IMG/VR virus record: IMGVR_UViG_3300025809_000080
Coordinates: 1 to 30,692 of that record
Source: a virus
Taxonomy: Duplodnaviria; Caudoviricetes
Reading direction: 5' to 3' (one strand)
DNA length: 30,692 nucleotides
The stretch's first letter is position 1. Each line of letters starts with the position of its first letter. This document shows positions 27,291 through 30,692 of the stretch, one piece after another. A model generated the notes under the pieces. It was not told where the DNA came from. It saw only the letters and a program-made list of their open reading frames with translations, and did not search any database. The translations under genes were made by a program, and so were the position numbers.

Positions 27291-29537
27291 CTATCTTAGT
27301 AATTCACTGATTGACCCTTTGTTATTGTACTTAGCAAAGGTAACACTTATTTTTGACTGTTTTTGTTCGGGCTGATACGAGCTCTTCTGATTAGCCATAA
27401 TGGCTAACCCTGAGCTAATCGAAGCATCAAACTTTGTTCTATTGTTAATATCAAACCTAGCCCAATCCTCAAGAGTTCTAGCGAAAGGCATTAAGCCCAT
27501 CTCATCAGAATCCCTATACGCACCACTCATATCTATACCGACATGCTTTTCTATGTAAGACTCAATAGCTGAGGCGTGTGATTGCTTTACGTCCTCAGAT
27601 GAGTTAGGTATTCCCCCTAACTCTTTCTCTGTCTTTGAGAGTTTGTTAAACACCTTATCAGGCCTATTCATTGAGTAACCTCTGTAGCCTCTATTCTTAA
27701 AGTGATACAAAAGCCTTGGCTTGTTGTTCTCACAAAGAATTGGCATGCCGTAGAATATACACGCCATCAGAACCTCCTCAAAGAATATCTCTGCAGTCTG
27801 TGGCCTAGCTATATACTCTAAGAAAAACTCATTACTAGGAGCCTCATCCATGTTAAACTTAGTAAGCCCATGCAAGGAGCCGTTGGACCCTTTACCACCT
27901 ACAGTTCCTGATATATCATAGGAGTCACACCCAAATGAACCTATATGCTCATTACCCGGGTACTTGTTACCTCTCTTGCTTACAGACCTGTTCTGAAGAT
28001 TCTTATTAGGAATCCAACTTACCAAGAACCTACCACGAGTATCGGGGCTAAATACAACCTCAGTATCCTTTACCCCTCCCTTCCAATGGAATGAGCCACG
28101 AGTTACGTGGTGCTCTGTAATCAATGAATCGTTATAATCTATCTGCTGATATATTTTAGTAAGGTTAAACAACGAAGACTTGCTCTCATCTCTAAAAGCA
28201 TGCGACTCTGTTCTAGGGAACTGTCTGTAGAATTCATTTAAAGCATCAGCGTCACCCTTAAGTGAATCAACTTCAGCCTCCCAATAATCTACAGCCCCAT
28301 TACTTATCATCTCACCATCCACTCCTAACACGGGCTTATTAGGTTTTTTAAATACAGGCATCCCATATCTATCAATAAAACCCTCCATGTTCCACTCCAT
28401 AGGAATAAACAACGCGTACATACCACTCTTGGTTTGACCGTTGGCATTCCTAGTATTTACATCAGAGTCTTCGTAAAGTTTCTTGAAGTTGCTACCACCC
28501 TTAGATAGTGCATTTGATGTAGAACCCATCATGCACTTACCAATAATCTTACTACCCAAACGTAGACACGTTTTTGTTACGCGCCAATTGTTTAAGATAT
28601 TATTTGGCTTAATCCACTTACCGCTCTCATCGTGTACTAGTAGCAATAGCTTCTCACCATCATACGAGTTGTCATCCGTATTCTTCCAATCTATTGTAGT
28701 ATCCAACCCCTCAAGCTCCTCAGCTTCAGTGTCGTACATATTCTTCTTAGTAATCTTAGATGCAGGGATTCTAAATGCAAGCTCTGTCTTTGGCTTATCC
28801 ATACCATCCATGATTGGCTTGAAGAAGAAAGGTAGCCTGCTATTGATAGGGACAACCTTATCGGTAAACATCTTCTTAGCATCAGAACCTGTCTTAGATA
28901 GTATTCCTACCCTAGAATCTTTCGCTAGCGTACCCGTATTTACCGCTTCCGAGGACCCCATAAAAGAAAATCCTGAACGCCTTATCTTAAGGTAAGTCAT
29001 ACCAAAAGAACGCTTGTCAGCCTTTGATGCCTCCCAAAAAATAAAAAATATTCTGTTAGCTTCTCGATAGTCGGGATAACCTACATCTATACTAGTCCAT
29101 TGTAGATACATATAGTGTGAACCTGTTATGTAGGCCGGGTCACCATGATTCATGAACCAATACCCTTCCTCCCTTCTATCAAACTCAGACTCTATATAAT
29201 CAACCCATCTATCCTTAAAAGGTGACGGCATATCATTCCATTGAAATATAGAGTTTATTTTCTGCAGTTCTTTTGGGAACTCTTCACGCTCCCAATACTG
29301 CTGTGATTTTGCTTTATTCCTGCTGTAGCAATCTTTAGGCGTAGGAGGTAATCCTATTCGTAGTCCTGAGATTTCAACGACCTCACCTATCTGACCTGTC
29401 TTGGATATGTTTACAAAGTCATACTCCTCGTTGTACCCATACAACCAACTTCGGCTACCATTTTTTTTTGATAGTGGCCTTGAGGGGATGTAATCGGGAA
29501 TAACGCGATATAAGTTATTTTGACCTTCGTTCTGCAA
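27291..29537 (-). CDS. terL: Terminase large subunit, 748 aa (TTG start uncertain)
   Basis: Walker A variant LKIRRSGFS, Walker B LLVHDESGK, motif III GSTSN, nuclease FGCDSYD and C-terminal FDASISSG. Confidence 0.92.
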   Translation of the reverse strand: MQNEGQNNLYRVIPDYIPSRPLSKKNGSRSWLYGYNEEYDFVNISKTGQIGEVVEISGLRIGLPPTPKDCYSRNKAKSQQYWEREEFPKELQKINSIFQWNDMPSPFKDRWVDYIESEFDRREEGYWFMNHGDPAYITGSHYMYLQWTSIDVGYPDYREANRIFFIFWEASKADKRSFGMTYLKIRRSGFSFMGSSEAVNTGTLAKDSRVGILSKTGSDAKKMFTDKVVPINSRLPFFFKPIMDGMDKPKTELAFRIPASKITKKNMYDTEAEELEGLDTTIDWKNTDDNSYDGEKLLLLVHDESGKWIKPNNILNNWRVTKTCLRLGSKIIGKCMMGSTSNALSKGGSNFKKLYEDSDVNTRNANGQTKSGMYALFIPMEWNMEGFIDRYGMPVFKKPNKPVLGVDGEMISNGAVDYWEAEVDSLKGDADALNEFYRQFPRTESHAFRDESKSSLFNLTKIYQQIDYNDSLITEHHVTRGSFHWKGGVKDTEVVFSPDTRGRFLVSWIPNKNLQNRSVSKRGNKYPGNEHIGSFGCDSYDISGTVGGKGSNGSLHGLTKFNMDEAPSNEFFLEYIARPQTAEIFFEEVLMACIFYGMPILCENNKPRLLYHFKNRGYRGYSMNRPDKVFNKLSKTEKELGGIPNSSEDVKQSHASAIESYIEKHVGIDMSGAYRDSDEMGLMPFARTLEDWARFDINNRTKFDASISSGLAIMANQKSSYQPEQKQSKISVTFAKYNNKGSISELLR

Positions 29538-29796
29538 ATCCTTGTTTTGTATCCGTTCTATTAGGACCCTTAGATTCTATATCTAAAGTCTCCTGCTCTG
29601 AATCAATTCTTTTTAATATCTCAAAGGCATCGAATATAGAAAGCTTCTTTGATGCGGCTGCGTTCTTTAACTTATCTGCAGCAAGCTCATCCATAGGGTC
29701 CGGCTTTATAATATCCTCCTTAGCAACCTTAATGAGTTGCTTCACAGCCTTATACCCCGCCTCTATAATTTCCTTACGTAAATCTATTGAATCCAT
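29515..29796 (-). CDS. Putative terminase small subunit, 93 aa
   Basis: Small helical protein immediately upstream of terL and overlapping it by 23 bp. Confidence 0.55.
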   Translation of the reverse strand: MDSIDLRKEIIEAGYKAVKQLIKVAKEDIIKPDPMDELAADKLKNAAASKKLSIFDAFEILKRIDSEQETLDIESKGPNRTDTKQGFAERRSK

Positions 29797-29797
29797 A

Positions 29798-30361
29798 TTA
29801 CAACTTCATAGTTACCTGATGGTCGAATACTCTGTATAGGGTTTTATCATCCACCTTAAACTCATACTCACTGTCAGGGCTAAAGGTAACTAAGTCACCT
29901 TCCTTTATATCCTTTGACCTTAAGTAGTCATTAGGATACTTAACGCGACCTATTAAAGGTTCGTATTTACATGACTTATCTATAAAGCTTTCTACAACAG
30001 CTACAGGCTCTATAAAACAAAATCTATCATGACTATTCCATTCCCCATCCTGCTTGTATAAGTAGAATTGGTCGTTATCTACAAAGAATAAATCATCCTT
30101 AAAGTAACTCTTACCACTCTTACGTCTACCCTTCATGTCGTTGTAAAACTTAAACACGTTGTGATGTACTAGTAAGGTGTCGCCAATCTTTATATCTCCC
30201 GTATACCCTACAGGTGTCTCAACAACAACAGCTTCTCGGTTAGAAAACTTATGGTCTTCCTCGGAGGTACTAACGACAAACTCCATACCGCCAATGCTTT
30301 TGGTGTTGTTATATCTCTTCCCTTCTAAAGGGCGTACAATAAAATTAAATGGAGACTTCAT
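29798..30361 (-). CDS. Tandem GroES-like co-chaperonin, 187 aa (start corrected from 30373 to ATG 30361)
   Basis: Two GroES-like halves: FIVRP..AVVVE..IKIGDTLLV and FIEP..GRVKY..IKEGDLVTF..EFKVDDKTLYRV. TAATG overlap with the upstream stop. Confidence 0.7.
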   Translation of the reverse strand: MKSPFNFIVRPLEGKRYNNTKSIGGMEFVVSTSEEDHKFSNREAVVVETPVGYTGDIKIGDTLLVHHNVFKFYNDMKGRRKSGKSYFKDDLFFVDNDQFYLYKQDGEWNSHDRFCFIEPVAVVESFIDKSCKYEPLIGRVKYPNDYLRSKDIKEGDLVTFSPDSEYEFKVDDKTLYRVFDHQVTMKL

Positions 30362-30516
30362 TACGACCCACAAGCTTCACAGTCCTCGTCATCAATGCTG
30401 CAAGCATCAGGCTGTTCTTGGTCTTCTAAGTTGTTTACCCACGAATCAAACGTATCTTTTGCTGACTCTTCTGATTTCTTAAGTTGCTCTAAAGCATCTT
30501 TTTGGTCTTCGCTCAT
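30361..30516 (-). CDS. 51-aa acidic miniprotein ending in ACSIDDEDCEACGS
   Basis: MSEDQKDALEQLKKSEESAKDTFDSWVNNLEDQEQPDACSIDDEDCEACGS. ATG 1 nt after the upstream stop and TAATG overlap downstream. Confidence 0.8.
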   Translation of the reverse strand: MSEDQKDALEQLKKSEESAKDTFDSWVNNLEDQEQPDACSIDDEDCEACGS

Positions 30517-30517
30517 C

Positions 30518-30692
30518 TTAAAAATTTATATTGTACTCGATTGAAATTGGCATATTTGAATTGAATTCTTTCCAAAGAAGAATCTCGTCCTCCCTCTGAA
30601 TCCAAACCTTTATAGATTGAGAATCCTTATCCTGTTGAATAAGGTGTATCTTGTGAGAGCTGTTAAGTATATCCTGCCCTACAAGGTAATGC
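30518..30692 (-). CDS. Phage hypothetical protein, 5' end beyond the window
   Basis: Open frame ...HYLVGQDILNSSHKIHLIQQDKDSQSIKVWIQREDEILLWKEFNSNMPISIEYNINF* ending at TAA 30518-30520. Confidence 0.75.
   Translation of the reverse strand, partial: HYLVGQDILNSSHKIHLIQQDKDSQSIKVWIQREDEILLWKEFNSNMPISIEYNINF

Larger units (their letters stand above)
1..30692 (-). mobile_element. Bacteriophage virion morphogenesis module (podovirus-like, probable Bacteroidota host)
   Basis: Co-oriented, tightly packed terminase-portal-scaffold-capsid-ring-muzzle-ejection gene order. No tape-measure or sheath gene and no host genes. Four TAnnTTTG boxes in intergenic gaps. Confidence 0.93.

Noticed and set aside
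12937-28882. Short alternate-frame minus-strand ORFs at 12937-13146, 18772-18954 and 28691-28882
   Set aside because: No recognisable motif, no coupling to neighbours and no sign of codon constraint, unlike the 4394-4558 overprint.
29461-29469. A9 run in early terL (TCA AAA AAA AAT) as a programmed shift site
   Set aside because: The -1 frame stops almost at once (TGG TAG), so no meaningful alternative product results.
565-30482. All plus-strand ORFs in the track (e.g. 3433-3903, 28483-28995, 30177-30482)
   Set aside because: Nearly all lie antisense to long minus-strand genes and have the Ser/Leu/Phe-rich composition of shadow frames. The two that cross intergenic gaps (16981-17205, 20918-21118) run through terminator hairpins.
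1-30692. Stop-codon reassignment (TAG to Gln) as in some crAss-like phages
   Set aside because: All long genes are intact in the standard code and TAG occurs only at plausible gene ends.
1-30692. CRISPR array, tRNA, DGR template/variable repeats, integrase, intron or intein
   Set aside because: I saw no regularly spaced repeats, cloverleaf, long near-identical repeat pair, RT or recombinase gene. TerL, portal and capsid genes appear uninterrupted. This was a manual read, not a computed scan.

Overview
Morphogenesis region of a tailed dsDNA phage, probably a podovirus with crAss-like tail proteins. Four TAnnTTTG promoter boxes and tight gene packing point to a Bacteroidota/Flavobacteria host. 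All real genes are on the minus strand, and the plus-strand ORFs in the track are antisense shadows. In transcription order: a partial conserved gene, a 51-aa acidic Cys-tailed miniprotein, a tandem GroES-like protein, small and large terminase, portal, three tiny basic proteins, scaffold, major capsid protein, a 250-aa protein, four paralogous fibre/decoration genes (two carrying nested CBM-like insertions), two ring proteins, an apparently split muzzle/stabilisation protein, a GNAT-like protein and three ejection/cargo proteins. The last is a >2036-aa ORF missed by the track that contains a HExxH zincin motif. The most unusual signals lie inside that giant gene: a 54-aa basic 'MPFKSQAQRRWMY...' ORF overprinted in the +1 frame, and an A10 slippery tract leading into a -1-frame aromatic/Gly-rich 31-aa tail. 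A free-standing peptide resembling the redox-active C-terminal tail of ribonucleotide reductase is also notable. Family assignments come from motif recognition and gene order, not from database searches.
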